In this document: in pieces, positions 25,101-36,295 of the stretch
Layout of the letters: each line of letters begins with the position of its first letter
How positions within the stretch are numbered: position 1 is the stretch's first letter
NCBI GenBank assembly: GCA_051313645.2
Contig: JBNRSN020000029.1
Span: 21,328,001-21,392,000 of the forward strand
Direction of reading: 5' to 3'
DNA length: 64,000 nt
Origin: Centroscyllium fabricii
Taxonomy: Eukaryota
Notes under the pieces: model-generated
Seen by the model: only the letters and a program-made list of their open reading frames with translations
Database searches by the model: none
What the model was told of the DNA's origin: nothing
Translations under genes and position numbers: made by a program

Positions 25101-25849
25101 CGGTTGCTAAGTGCCGTGGGACTGGGTGCTAAAGGCCTTGGGATCGGGTGCTAAGGTCAATGGGACTGGGTGCTAAGGGCCATGGGACTGGCTGCTAAAA
25201 GCTGAAGCACCGGTTGCCAAGTACCATGGGACAGGGTGCAAAGTGCCTTGGACCGGTTGCTTAAGATCCAGGGACAGGGTGCGAAGGGCCTTGGACCGGT
25301 TGCTAAGGGCCGTGGGGCTGGTTGCTAAGGGCCATAGGGCTGGTTGCTAAGGCCCATGAGAGCGGATGCTAAGGCTGCTGGACTGGTTGCTGAGGATCCT
25401 AGGATCAGCTGCTAAAGGCCGTGGGACCGGTGGAAAAGTGCCATGGGACCGGTTGCTAAGGGCCACTGGACCAGGTGCTAAGGGCCATGTAACCAGTTGC
25501 TAAGGGCCGAGGGGCTGGGTGCTAAGGGCCATGGATCGAGTTGCTAAGGGTCAGGTGACTGGTTGCTAAAGGCTGGTTGCTAAATTCCATGTGACAGTTT
25601 GCTGAGGCCCATGTGGCCACTTTCAAAGGACCCTGGGACCTTGTGCTGTGGGCCGATGGATGGGTTGCTAAGGGACGTGGGACAGGGTGCTTTGGGCCTT
25701 GGATCGGTGCAAAGGGCCATGGGACCAGTTGTGAAGGGCTTTGGGACCATGTACTATGGGCCGAGGGTCCGGTTGCTAAGGTCCATGGGGCTGGTTGCTA
25801 ATGGCCCAGAACTGGTTGCTAAGGGCCAAGGGACAAGTTGCCATGGGCA

Positions 25850-26037
25850 GTAGAGGACACTAAGAATATCCCAACACTGGACAAACAGAGGTCGATAGAG
25901 GTGAGGAGCTAATCTCGATCAAAATCACTAAGGAAGTGGTACTCGGCAAATTAATGGGGCTCAAGGTGGATAAATCACCTGGACCGGATGGCTTACATCC
26001 TAGAGTCTTGAGTGAAGTGGCGGTAGGCATTGTGGAT
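25850..26037 (+). mobile_element. CR1 ORF2 fragment, shorter copy, fused to a SINE
   Basis: Same 5' junction (CATGGGCA|GTAGAGGACAC) as the copies at 9655 and 27122; ends at ATTGTGGAT. Confidence 0.85.
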
Positions 26038-26422
26038 GGGAGCAGGAGTAGGCCATTCGGCCCTTCGAGCCTGCCCCGCCATTCAATTTGATCATGGCTG
26101 ATCATCCAAACCCAACATCCTGTCCCTGCCTTGTCCCCATATCCCTCGATCCCTATCGAGTCTGCACCGACACACATCCCACCCTATCCCCGTATCCCCA
26201 CATATTCAATCCCCCTAACACTAAGGGTCAATTTATCCTGTCCAATCAACCTAACCCGCACATTTTTTGGACTGTGGGAGGAAACCGGAGCACCCGGAGG
26301 AAACCCACGCAGACACGGGGAGAATGTGCAAACACCACACAGATAGTACCCGAGGCCGGATTTGAACCCGGGTCTCCAGTGCTGTGAGGCAACAGTGCAA
26401 ACCACTATGCCACCGTGCCGCC
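26038..26422 (-). mobile_element. Near full-length HE1-like V-SINE
   Basis: Head GGCGGCACGGTGGCATAGTGG (A box 26402-26412), B box GGTTCAAATCC (26358-26368), V-domain GTCTGCGTGGGTTTCCTCCGGGTGCTCCGGTTTCCTCCCACAGTCC, CR1-like tail. Confidence 0.92.
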
Positions 26423-27121
26423 ATGGGGGCAGTTGCTGTGGCCCATGGGACAGGGTGCAAAGGGCCTTGGTGTTGGGTGCTGGGGGCAATGGGACATGGA
26501 GCTAAGGGTCATGTGACCAGGTGCTAACGGCCATTGAACTGGAACTAAGGGCCATAGGACCTGGTGCTAAGGGCCATGGGAAATGTTGCTAAGGGATGAG
26601 GGAATGGATACCAAGAGGCAAGGCACCATTTGCCAAGGGCAAAGAGAGCACTTGCTGAGAGCCAAGAAAACTGTTGCTAAGGGCTATGGTATTGGTTGCG
26701 AAGGACCTTGGGACTGAGTGCTAGGGGCATAGGACCGGGTGCTAAGCGGAAAGGACCTGGTGCTAAGGGCCCTGGGACCAGGTGTTAAGGGCCATGGGAC
26801 CGGGTGCAAAGGGCCTTGGGACCGGGAGCCAAGGGCCTTGGGGCTGATTGCTAGGGGCCATGGGAATGGGTGTGAAGGGCCAAGGGACCAGCTGCTAAGG
26901 GCCCTGGGACCAGGTGCTATGGGCAATCGTACTGGGTGCTATGTGACATGGGACCGGGTGCTAAGCGCCATGGGACCAGGTGCAAAGGTCCATGGGACCA
27001 GTTGTGAAGGACCTTGGGACCATGTACTATGGGCTGAGGGTCCGGTTGCTAAGGACCATGGGGCTGGTTGCTAATGGCCCAGAACTGGTTGCGAAGGGCC
27101 AAGGGACCAGTTGCCATGGGC

Positions 27122-27333
27122 AGTAGAGGACACTAAGAATATCCCAACACTGGACACACAGAGGTCTATAGGGGTGAGGAGCTAATCACGATCAAAATCA
27201 CTAAGGAAGTGGTACTCGGCAAATTAATGGGGCTCAAGGTGGATAAATCACCTGGACCGGATGGCTTACATCCTAGGGTCTTGAGGGAAGTGGCGGTAGG
27301 CATTGTGGATGCATTGGTAATAATTTTCCAAAA
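27122..27333 (+). mobile_element. Duplicate of the CR1 ORF2 fragment at 9655-9866
   Basis: Near-identical sequence and junctions at offset 17467. Confidence 0.88.
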
Positions 27334-27703
27334 CATGGGGGCAGTTGCTAAGGTCCATGGGACCGGGTGGAAAGGGCCTTTTGGCCGGGTGCTAGGGCCG
27401 ATGTGACACGGTGCTAAGGGGCCAAGTAACCAGGTGCTAACGGCCATGGGACTGGTGATAAGGGCCATGGGACCAGATGCTGAGTGCTGAGGTACTGGTT
27501 GCTAAGGGCCTTGGGACCTTGTGCTATGGTCTGAGGGACTAGTTGCTAAGGGCCATAGGACAGGGTGCTAAGGGCCTTGGAGCAGTGCAAAGGTCCATGG
27601 GTCCAGTTGCAAAGGGCCCTGGGATCGGTTTCTAATGGCAGTGGGACCGGGTGCTAAGGCCCGAGGAAACGGTTGCAAAGTGCCAAGGGATTTGTTGAGA
27701 CTG

Positions 27704-28756
27704 TTGAACCAATCACACTTTATGGCAGTTAGGTGTGGGGTCTGCGAACACACCACAAATTTGCAAAATGGGACAAACACCCAATTGAGACCCTACATGC
27801 TGAATTCTGTAAAAGTATCCTCCGGACTCAGAGGAAAACCACAAACAATGCATGCAGGGCAGAGTTAGGCCAATATCCACTCTTAATTAATATCCAAAAA
27901 AGAGCCATCAAATTTTGGAAATATCGAAAATTGAGCAACCCCCTCACTACAAAGCCCTGAAATGCCAAGAAGCGAACATAAAGAGAAGTCCACTCAGCTA
28001 ACTGGTCCTGGGACTTAGCGAAGTAACTACTAACACCATTGGTAACAACCAGCCCCAGGACAGTGACATCCTAGCACTCAGAATTCGACCCAACACAATT
28101 ATTACTAAACAAAGAGAAAAATATTTGACATACTGGACAGAAATGACAAAAACCCAAAACAAACTACATTGTTATTTGGCCCTAAACAGACAGTACACCA
28201 TGGCTGATTACCTGACCATGGTGAAATATAGCAAACTGAGAAAAGCCCTGACAATGTAAAGACTTAGTGTGCACAGCCTAGCCATCGAAAAAGGCAGACA
28301 CAGAAGGACTTGGCTGCCCAGAAAGGAAAGGCTGTGCTCCCACTGCAGTCAAGGAGTGGTGGAGACAGAGCTGCATTTCCTCACAACTTGCGAAAACTAT
28401 CAGGGCATAAGGGGGAATTTCTACCCAAAATTCGTAAAAACATGCCCTGAATTTCTAAATTTGAACAACCACCAAAAACTCCCATATATATTGGGGGAAC
28501 AGAGGACTTGTATAAAATTAGCGGAAAACTACGTCACAGCTTGCCATAAGCAGAGGGACAACCAGTGACCACTGAAGCTAAGAAGAGCATATGAGATTTA
28601 TATGCGGGTATATATGTATGTGTTTGCACAGTTATCCATTCACTGTTTCTAGTTATGCATTTGTATGTTCAATTGTATATGTCCTTTTTCTGCGCTTTGG
28701 CAACATAGGATGCATCTTGTCATGCCAATAAAGCAATTTGAATTGAATTGAATTGA
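27704..28756 (+). mobile_element. Duplicate of the RTEX-like fragment at 10237-11287
   Basis: KWDKHPIETLHAEFCKSILRTQRKTTNNACRAELGQYPL...; same junctions and (TTGAA)n tail. Confidence 0.82.
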
Positions 28757-30652
28757 CTGGTTGATTATGTCCAAGGGATTAGTTGGGACTGGTTGCTAAG
28801 AGCGAAGGGGTTTGTTGGGACTGATTGATAAGGCCAAAGGGACTTTTTGGGACTGGTTGCTAAGGTCAAAGGGACTTGTTGGGACCAGTGATAAGGGCCT
28901 TGGCACCAGTGCTAATGGCCATGGGACCGGTTGCTAAGGACCCTGGAACCAGGCGCTAAGGGCCGTGGGACAGGGTGGTAATGGCCCTGGGACCGGGTGC
29001 TATGGGACATGGGATCAGGTGCTATGGGACATGGGACCAAGTGATAAGCACCATGGGACTGGATGCTGAGGGCCATGGGACTGGGTGCTAAGTGCCATGG
29101 GACCAGGTGCTAAGGGTCATGGGTCTGGGTGCTAAGGGCCATGGGACAGGTTGCTGAGGGCCGTGGGACCGGTTGTTAAGGGCCATGGGACCGGTTGCTA
29201 AGGACTCAGGGAGCCGTTGCTATGGGCCCTGGGACTGGTTGCTAAGGGCCGTTGGACCAGATGCTAATGACTATGAGACCAGTTGCTAAGGGCCACGGGA
29301 CTGGGTGCTAAGGGCCATGGGACTGCTTGCGAAAAGCCGATGAGTCAGTAGCTGAGGACCATGTGATAGGGTGCGAATGGCCTTGGGCTGGTTGCTTAAG
29401 ATCCTGGGACAGGGTGCGAAGGCCCTTGGACCGGTTGCTAAGGGCCGTGGGGCTGGTTGCTATGGGTCAGGGACTGGTTGCTAAGGGCCAAGAGACCGGT
29501 TGCTAAGGGCCAAGGAAACAGTCGCTAAGTGCCATGGAAACGGTTGCTAATGACCAAGGGACCAGCGGCTCAGGGCCACGGGTGCTAGGGGTGATGTGAT
29601 CGGGTGCTAAGGGCAAAGTGACCAGGTGCTAAGGGCCAAGGGACCAGTGCTAAGGTCATTAGGACCTGACGCTAGGGCCATGGGACCAGTTGCTAAAGGC
29701 CGAGGAACTGGTTGCTGAGGGCCGTGGACCATGTGCTATGTTCGGAGGGACCGGTTGCTAAGCGCCGTGGGACAGGGTGCTAAGGGCCTTGGAGCTGTGC
29801 AAAGGGCCATGGGACCGGTTGCTAATGACCCTGGGACCAGATGCTAATGGCCGTGGGACTGGGTGCTAAGGGCCCTGGGACAGGGTGCTGAGGCACATGG
29901 GACCAGTGCTAAGGGTCTTGGGGTTGGTTGCTAAGGTCAGTGGGACCGGGTGCTAAGGGGCGAGGGACCGGGTGCTAAGGGCCGAGGGACAGGTTGCTAA
30001 GGGCGGAGGGACCGGTTGCTAATTGCCGAGAGACCGGTTGCTAAGGGCCGTGGGACGGGATGCTAAGGACTTGGTCTGGTTGCTGAGGATCCTGGGACCG
30101 GGTGCTCAGGGATGTGTGACTGGTGCAAAGGGGCAGGGGGGCAGATGGTAAGGGCCATGGGACCAGTTCCTAAGGGCCGAGGTACTGGTTTCTAAGGGCC
30201 AAGGGACTGGTTGCTAATTGCCGTGGGACTGGGTGCTAAGGGCCTTGGGACCGGGTGCTAAGGGCCATGGGACTGGTTGCTAAAAGCCGAAGGACTGGTT
30301 GGTAAGGGCCATGGGACAGGGTGCGAAGGGCCTTGGACCGGTTGCTTAAGATCCTCGGACAGGGTGCGAAGTGCCTTCGATCGGTTGTTAAGGTCCGTGG
30401 AGCTGGTTGCTAAGGGCAATAGGGTTGGTTGCAAAGGGCCATGGGACCAGATGCTAAAGCTCTTGGACTGGTTGCTGAACATCCTAGGAGCGGCTGCTAA
30501 AGGCCATGGGACCGGTGGAAAAGTGCCATGGGACTGGACGCTAAGGGCCACTGGACCAGGTGCTAAGGGCCATGTGACCAGTTGCTACAGGCCGAGGGAC
30601 TGGGTGCTAAGTGCCATTGAACTAGTTGCTATGGGTCAGGTGACTTGATGCT

Positions 30653-30928
30653 TTTGGTAACCCATATTGTATATACGATTACCTCTGTAATATTGTCGCC
30701 AACATTGGCTTTGTATTATACACCGCTTTTCAACACTGTCGTGGAGCCAGGTCAGCCACACCTCTAACTCCTCCCCCAGGTGAGGCCCTTTATAGGTGAG
30801 GACTGACCAGGCTCCCTCATTCTGTTCTGATATTCGTTCGGAGGGTAGCTCCAAAGTAAGTTATTTAAAGCCCATAGTTAAGGTCACTACTCGTTTAGTC
30901 TTTTATTAAGACAATTGACGATACGTCA
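30653..30928 (+). repeat. 5' LTR, type A, 276 bp
   Basis: Direct repeat of 36296-36571 with about 11 substitutions by eye; ends GATACGTCA. Confidence 0.93.
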
Positions 30929-30955
30929 ATTTTATTAACTTAAAAATTTGTTGAA

Positions 30956-31849
30956 ATGGAGAGCGGTGCGGTAAAGCCAGAGAAGCTGGACACCAACCCA
31001 CAGGACCCATTCGCCGCCACCACGTTCGAACACTGGTTCGGTCTCCTGGAGGCCTATATGGACGCAGCCAAGGCTACAACAGACGGGAACAAATTGCAGG
31101 TTCTCCGGTCTAGGATCTCCTGCCGAGTATTCTCCCTCATCCGAGACGCCAAAACCTATCCAGGGGCAGTGGAAAAGCTGAGGAAATGCTATGAGCGCCC
31201 GGTCCATTCGGTCTACGCCAGACATGTGCTCGCGACCAGACCACAACTACCGGGTGAGACTAACGAGCAATTTGAGCAAGCGCTCCAGGCCCTGGTACGG
31301 GTCTGTGGCTGCCAAGCCCGGACAGCAGAAGAGGAGGCGAATCTCCTCATCTGAGATGCGTATGTAACAGGCCTGAGGTGTGTGGAAGCCCGCCAACGGC
31401 TGCTCGAAAAAGACTCTTTGACTCTTGAGGAGGCGATCTCCATAGCTAACTCCGTAGAAGGTGCACGCAATAAGCTGCAGGCGTACAGCGGCACAAACCC
31501 GCCGGCCTACGACATGTGGGCCGCGCCACAATGGGCCCAGGCCTGGGCAGCACCACAACGGGTCGAGACCCCCACGATGGCTGCGACAGCCGCAAAGGAC
31601 AAATGGTGCTATTTCTGCGGCCAGGGACTGCACCCACGAGCGAGATGCCCAGCGAGGACCGCGATCTGTGAGAGGTGCTCCAAAAAGGGACACTATGCGA
31701 AGGCCTGCAGATCAGCACCAGCAGCGCCCAACTCTGCGTACAACAGCGCAGCGTGTGAAAGCTCATTCAGACCTCAGGTAAGCTGCAATAGCAGCGCGAT
31801 CCAGCGACGGTCCGGGGTAGAAGGAAAGCGCCCCCATCTCCCACCCTGA
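30956..31849 (+). pseudogene. gag: Gypsy gag with an in-frame stop at 31352-31354
   Basis: ORFs 30956-31354 and 31382-31849 are in frame; two CX2CX4HX4C knuckles (CYFCGQGLHPRARC, CERCSKKGHYAKAC). Confidence 0.88.
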
Positions 31850-34800
31850 TGCGGCAAAGGCCGGCTGCACCCACGGCATCCCAAGCTCAGCCACGGCCGG
31901 CCAAGTGCGACCCCCCAACGCCAGCGGCAGACCCAGCGCGGCCCGCTGCGTGCGAATCACGGGCACCACCAACCCAACCACCGCGGCTCGCTGCGTGCGA
32001 ACCATGGGCATCGCCAACCCAGTCACCGCGGCCCGCTGCGTGCGAACCACAGGCGCCGCCAGCGTGCTCACAGCGGTCAGCCGCGTGCGAACCACGGGCG
32101 CCGCCATCTTGTCTCCAGCGGCCCACCATGTGTGACCCCCCGGCACCGCCATCTTGTCTCCAGCGGCCCGCCATGTGCGACCCCTCGGTGCCGCCATTTT
32201 GTCCCCAGTGCCCCACCATATGTGAGCAAGGGGCACCGCCATTTTGTGTACAGCCCCAACCAGCAGGGGGCCCCCACACACAAAGGCACACTTCGGCCTC
32301 AGCCATACCCAAAGTGGACCAGGCTAGGCCACACAACCTTTCTAACTCAATCATGCCGATTAAAATTAACGGCTATATTACCAATTGTCTGTTCGACACT
32401 GGAAGCACGGAGAGTTTTATACACTCCGATACAGCGCAGCGCTATGGACTGCAGATCCTGCCCACGAACTACCAAGTCTCCCTTGCTTCACAGTCCCACA
32501 CCGCGGACGTCACCGGCTACTGCTCCGTCACGCTCACAGTCAAGGGTTGTGTGTACCGTAATTTTAAATTGTACACCCTCAAGCAGTTGTGTGCCTCAGC
32601 CTTACTAGGTCTGGATTTCCAGTGCCACCTCAAGAGCGTGACAATGGAGTTCGGCCTGACCTTGCCCCCCCTCACCGTCAGTAGCCGGGACAGTCCCTTC
32701 CCAAAGCTGAGCCCGGCCTGCGGCCTCTCCACCCTGAAAATCGACCCCGCCTCACTGTTCGCCAACCTCGACCCTAAGTGCAAACCTATTGCTACAAAGA
32801 GTCGGCGGTACAGCGTGGGGGATCGCACGTTTATCAGGTCGGAGGTCGGGCGTATGCTGAAGGAGGGGATAATTGAAGCCAGCACCAGCCCCTGGCGGGC
32901 CCAGGTAGTAGTGGTGAAGTCTGGCGAGAAACAGCGGCTGGTTATCGATTACAGCCAGACTATCAACCGCTACACCGGGCTCGACGCCTACCCCCTCCCC
33001 CGCATCTCAGACATGGTCAATCAGATCGCCCAATATAAGGTGTTCTCCACGATCGACCTTAAGTCGGCGTATCACCAACTCCCGATCCGGAAAGCCGACC
33101 GCCCGTACACCGCCTTCGAGGCGAACGGTCGGCTCTACCACTTCCTCCAGGTCCCCTTCGGCGTGACCAACGGAGTGTCAGTGTTCCAATGGGAGATGGA
33201 CTGCATGGTTGACCAGAACGATTTGCGGGCCACTTTCCCTTACCTGGACAACGTGACCATCTGCGGCCACGACCAGCAGGACCACGATGCCAACCTGGCC
33301 AAATTCCTTGATACGGCGGATAAGCAGGACCTTACGTATAACAAGGACAAATGTGTCTTTAATACAGACCGGCTCGCTATCCTCGGATACGTGGTGGAGA
33401 ACGGGGTCCTCGGCCCCGACCCACAGCGTATGTGCCCCCTACAAGAACTGCCCCTACCTCACAACCCCAAAGCCTTGAGGAGATGCCTAGGATTTTTCTC
33501 CTACTACGCACAATGGGTCCCACAGTTCGCAGACAAGGCTATCCCACTCCTCAAGGCTGCCGTCTTCCCCCTCTCAGTAGAAGCCCAAACGGCATTCGCC
33601 CGGATAAAGGAAGACATCATCAAAGCGACCATGCTCGCTGTTGATGAATCCATTCCCTTCCAGGTGGAGAGCGACGCTTCGGACTTTGCCCTTGCTGCCA
33701 CCCTGAATCAGGCAGGCAGGCCCGTAGCGTTTTTCTCCCGCACCCTACAGGGACCCGAAACTCGCCACTCTGCAGTGGAAAAGGAGGACCAGGCCATCGT
33801 GGAGGCCGTGCGCTACTGGCGTCATTAACTGGCCGGTATGCGTTTACCCTTCACACCGACCAACGGTCGGTGGCGTTTATGTTTAATAATAAACAGAAGG
33901 GTAAGATCAAGAATGATAAGATCCTGCGGTGGCGGATCGAACTCTTGACTTACGAGTACGACATTCTTTACCGCCCAGGTAAACTCAATGAACCCCCGGA
34001 CGCACTGTCCAGGAGAACGTGCGCCAGTGCCCAGCTAGACCGGCTGAAGGACCTCCACGACCGCCTTTGCCACCCGGGTGTCACCAGACTCGCCCACTTC
34101 GTCAAGTCCCGTAGCCTCCCCTACTCCATCATGGAGATCAAGGCTATGACCCGAGAGTGCCCTGTCTGCGCCGAGTGCAAACCCCACTTTTTCCGGCCAG
34201 ACACGGCGCACCTCATTAAGGCCACCCGCCCCTTTGAACATCTCAGCGTGGACTTCAAAGGCCCCCTCCCGTCCACCGACCGCAACTCATACTTCCTCAC
34301 GGTAGTGGATGAGTTCTCCCGCTTCCCCTTCGCCTTCCCCTGCCCAGACATGACGAGCGCAACGGTGATCAAACACTTCACCACGCTGTTCGCCATCTTC
34401 GGTCTCTCCAGCTACATCCATAGCGACCGGGGTCATCATTCATGAGCGATGAACTGCGCCAGTTTCTGCTCCAGAGAGGGGTTGCCACGAGCAGAACGAC
34501 CAGTTATAACCCCCGGGGGAACGGCCAGGTAGAAAGGGAGAATGGGATCATTTGGAAGGCGGTCACCCTGGCTCTCAAGTCCAGAGGCCTTCCAGTGTCC
34601 CATTGGCAGGCAGTCCTCCCAGACGCGCTGCACTCTATACGCTCTCTATTATGTACTGCTACTAACGCCACCCCGCACGATCTGATTTTCTCTTTCAACA
34701 GGAAATTGACTTCGGGGACAGCTCTTCCACCATGGCTGACGACTCCGGGGCCGGTTTTGCTTAGAAGGCATGTCCGGAGCCACAAGACAGATCCACTGGT

Positions 34801-35176
34801 GGACAAGGTACAGCTCCTACACGCGTACCCCCACTATGCATTCGTGCAGTTCCCGGACGGGCGTGAGGACACCGTGACCATCAGGGACCTGGCTCCCGCA
34901 GGCAGCACCACCGCAGAGCCCCCGGCCGGCCAGCAGGCCGATCAACCACCAGACACACGATGGCCCCTGCAGTGGCCTGCACTGAACCACGACCCGGACG
35001 GCGGGGACCAGCCGAGTCCATCGCTACCTGAAGCCACAGCACCGGCAGATGCGGGCGATTCGAACCAGGAGGCACCACCACCAACACCGGAGCACCGGCA
35101 GTCCTCCAGGCAGACACGACCGCCGGACAGACTTATCATGAACTGTTCGACCCATTCACCCCCCCCCCGGACTTAA
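31849..35176 (+). pseudogene. pol: Gypsy pol (PR, RT, RNase H, IN), disrupted by a stop at 33826-33828 and frameshifts near 33840 and 34432
   Basis: LFDTGS (DTG at 32395-32403), IDLKSAYHQ, VPFGVTN, YLDN at 33241-33252, SDASDFA, HDRLCHPG..CPVC, VDFKG, IHSDRG, GQVERE. Confidence 0.93.
31870..32255 (+). repeat. 45-bp (15-codon) coding minisatellite between gag and protease, ~8 units
   Basis: CAGCGGCCC recurs at 32116 and 32161; peptide repeats such as QRPAMCDPSVPPFCP and PRPAACEPQAPP. Confidence 0.85.
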
Positions 35177-35196
35177 AATTTTCAAGAAGGGGTGAA

Positions 35197-35485
35197 TGTG
35201 GTAACCCTTTTGTGTTAGCATTACCACTGTATTATTATGGCTAATAATGGGCTGTGCAGATGTTAGGCACAGCCCTGTATACTGTGACACTGTTGGGAGC
35301 CAGGTCAGCCACACCTCCAACTCCTCCCCCAGGTGAGGCCCCGTTATAGGTGAGATCTGACCGAGGCTCCTCATTCCTGTACAGAAGTTCGTTCCGGAGG
35401 GTAGCTCCGTTCTTAGCAATTAAAAGCCTTTAGTTTTGGTAACTACTCGTCGACTCTTTTAATCGAAGGTATTGACGATACGTCA
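35197..35485 (+). repeat. Internal LTR, type B, 289 bp, from a related subfamily
   Basis: Follows a PPT and has TGTGGTAACCC...GATACGTCA termini like type A, but a clearly diverged U3/R. Confidence 0.9.
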
Positions 35486-36290
35486 CATTCATAGCGACCG
35501 GGGATCATCATTCATGAGCGATGAACTGCGTCAGTTTCTGCTCCAGAAAGGGGTTGCCACGAGCAGAACGACCAGTTATAACCCCCGGGGGAACGGCCAG
35601 GTAGAAAGGGAGAATGGGATCATCTGGAAGGCGGTCACCCTGGCTCTGAAGTCCAGAGGCCTTCCAGTGGCCCATTGGCAGGCAGTCCTCCCAGACGCGC
35701 TGCATTCAATACGCTCTCTCCTGTGCACAGCCAGTAACGCCACCCCTCATGACTTGATTTTTTCCGTCCCCAGGAAGTCGACTTCGGGGACAGCTCTTCC
35801 TCCATGGTTCACGACACCGGGGCCGGTCTTCCTTAGGAGGCACATCCGTGGCCACAAGACCGACCTGCTGGTGGACAAGGTGCAGCTCCTGCACGCGAAT
35901 CCGCAATATGCCTTCGTGCAGTTCCCGGACGGGCGCGAGGACACCGTCTCCATCAGGGACCTGGCGCCCGCCGGGAGCACCACAGCAGAGCCACTGGTCG
36001 GACTGCAGCCCGCCCAGCCACAGTATCTAGAACACCCCCTGCATCTACAGTGGCCTCCGAGGTGTCCAGAGCCCCAGCCGTGGCCAGCCCAAGACCACCA
36101 TTCCGATGGCTCAGACCAATTGCGGCCACCAGCATCCGAAATCACGGCACCAGAGCCGCTGTCACCACCACCGGACTCGAGCAGTACGCAACACGGCGAA
36201 CCTTTACCGGAGCCCCGGCGGTCCTCCAGGCTGACACGACCGCCGGACAAGCTCATAATGAACTGCTCTGTCCATTCACCCCAAGAAGGG
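35486..36290 (+). pseudogene. pol: Second copy of the integrase C-terminal half
   Basis: Resumes at IHSDRGSSFMSDELRQ immediately after LTR B. It is a diverged paralog of 34416-35176 with a different Pro-rich tail. Confidence 0.9.
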
Positions 36291-36295
36291 GTGAA

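Noticed and set aside
26350-26422. tRNA gene (A and B boxes; also 2220-2287)
   Set aside because: These are SINE heads contiguous with a V-domain and CR1-like tail.
31763-32354. Antisense ORFs (172 and 155 aa) over the gag-pol linker
   Set aside because: Explained by the GC-rich 45-bp repeat lacking stop codons in several frames.
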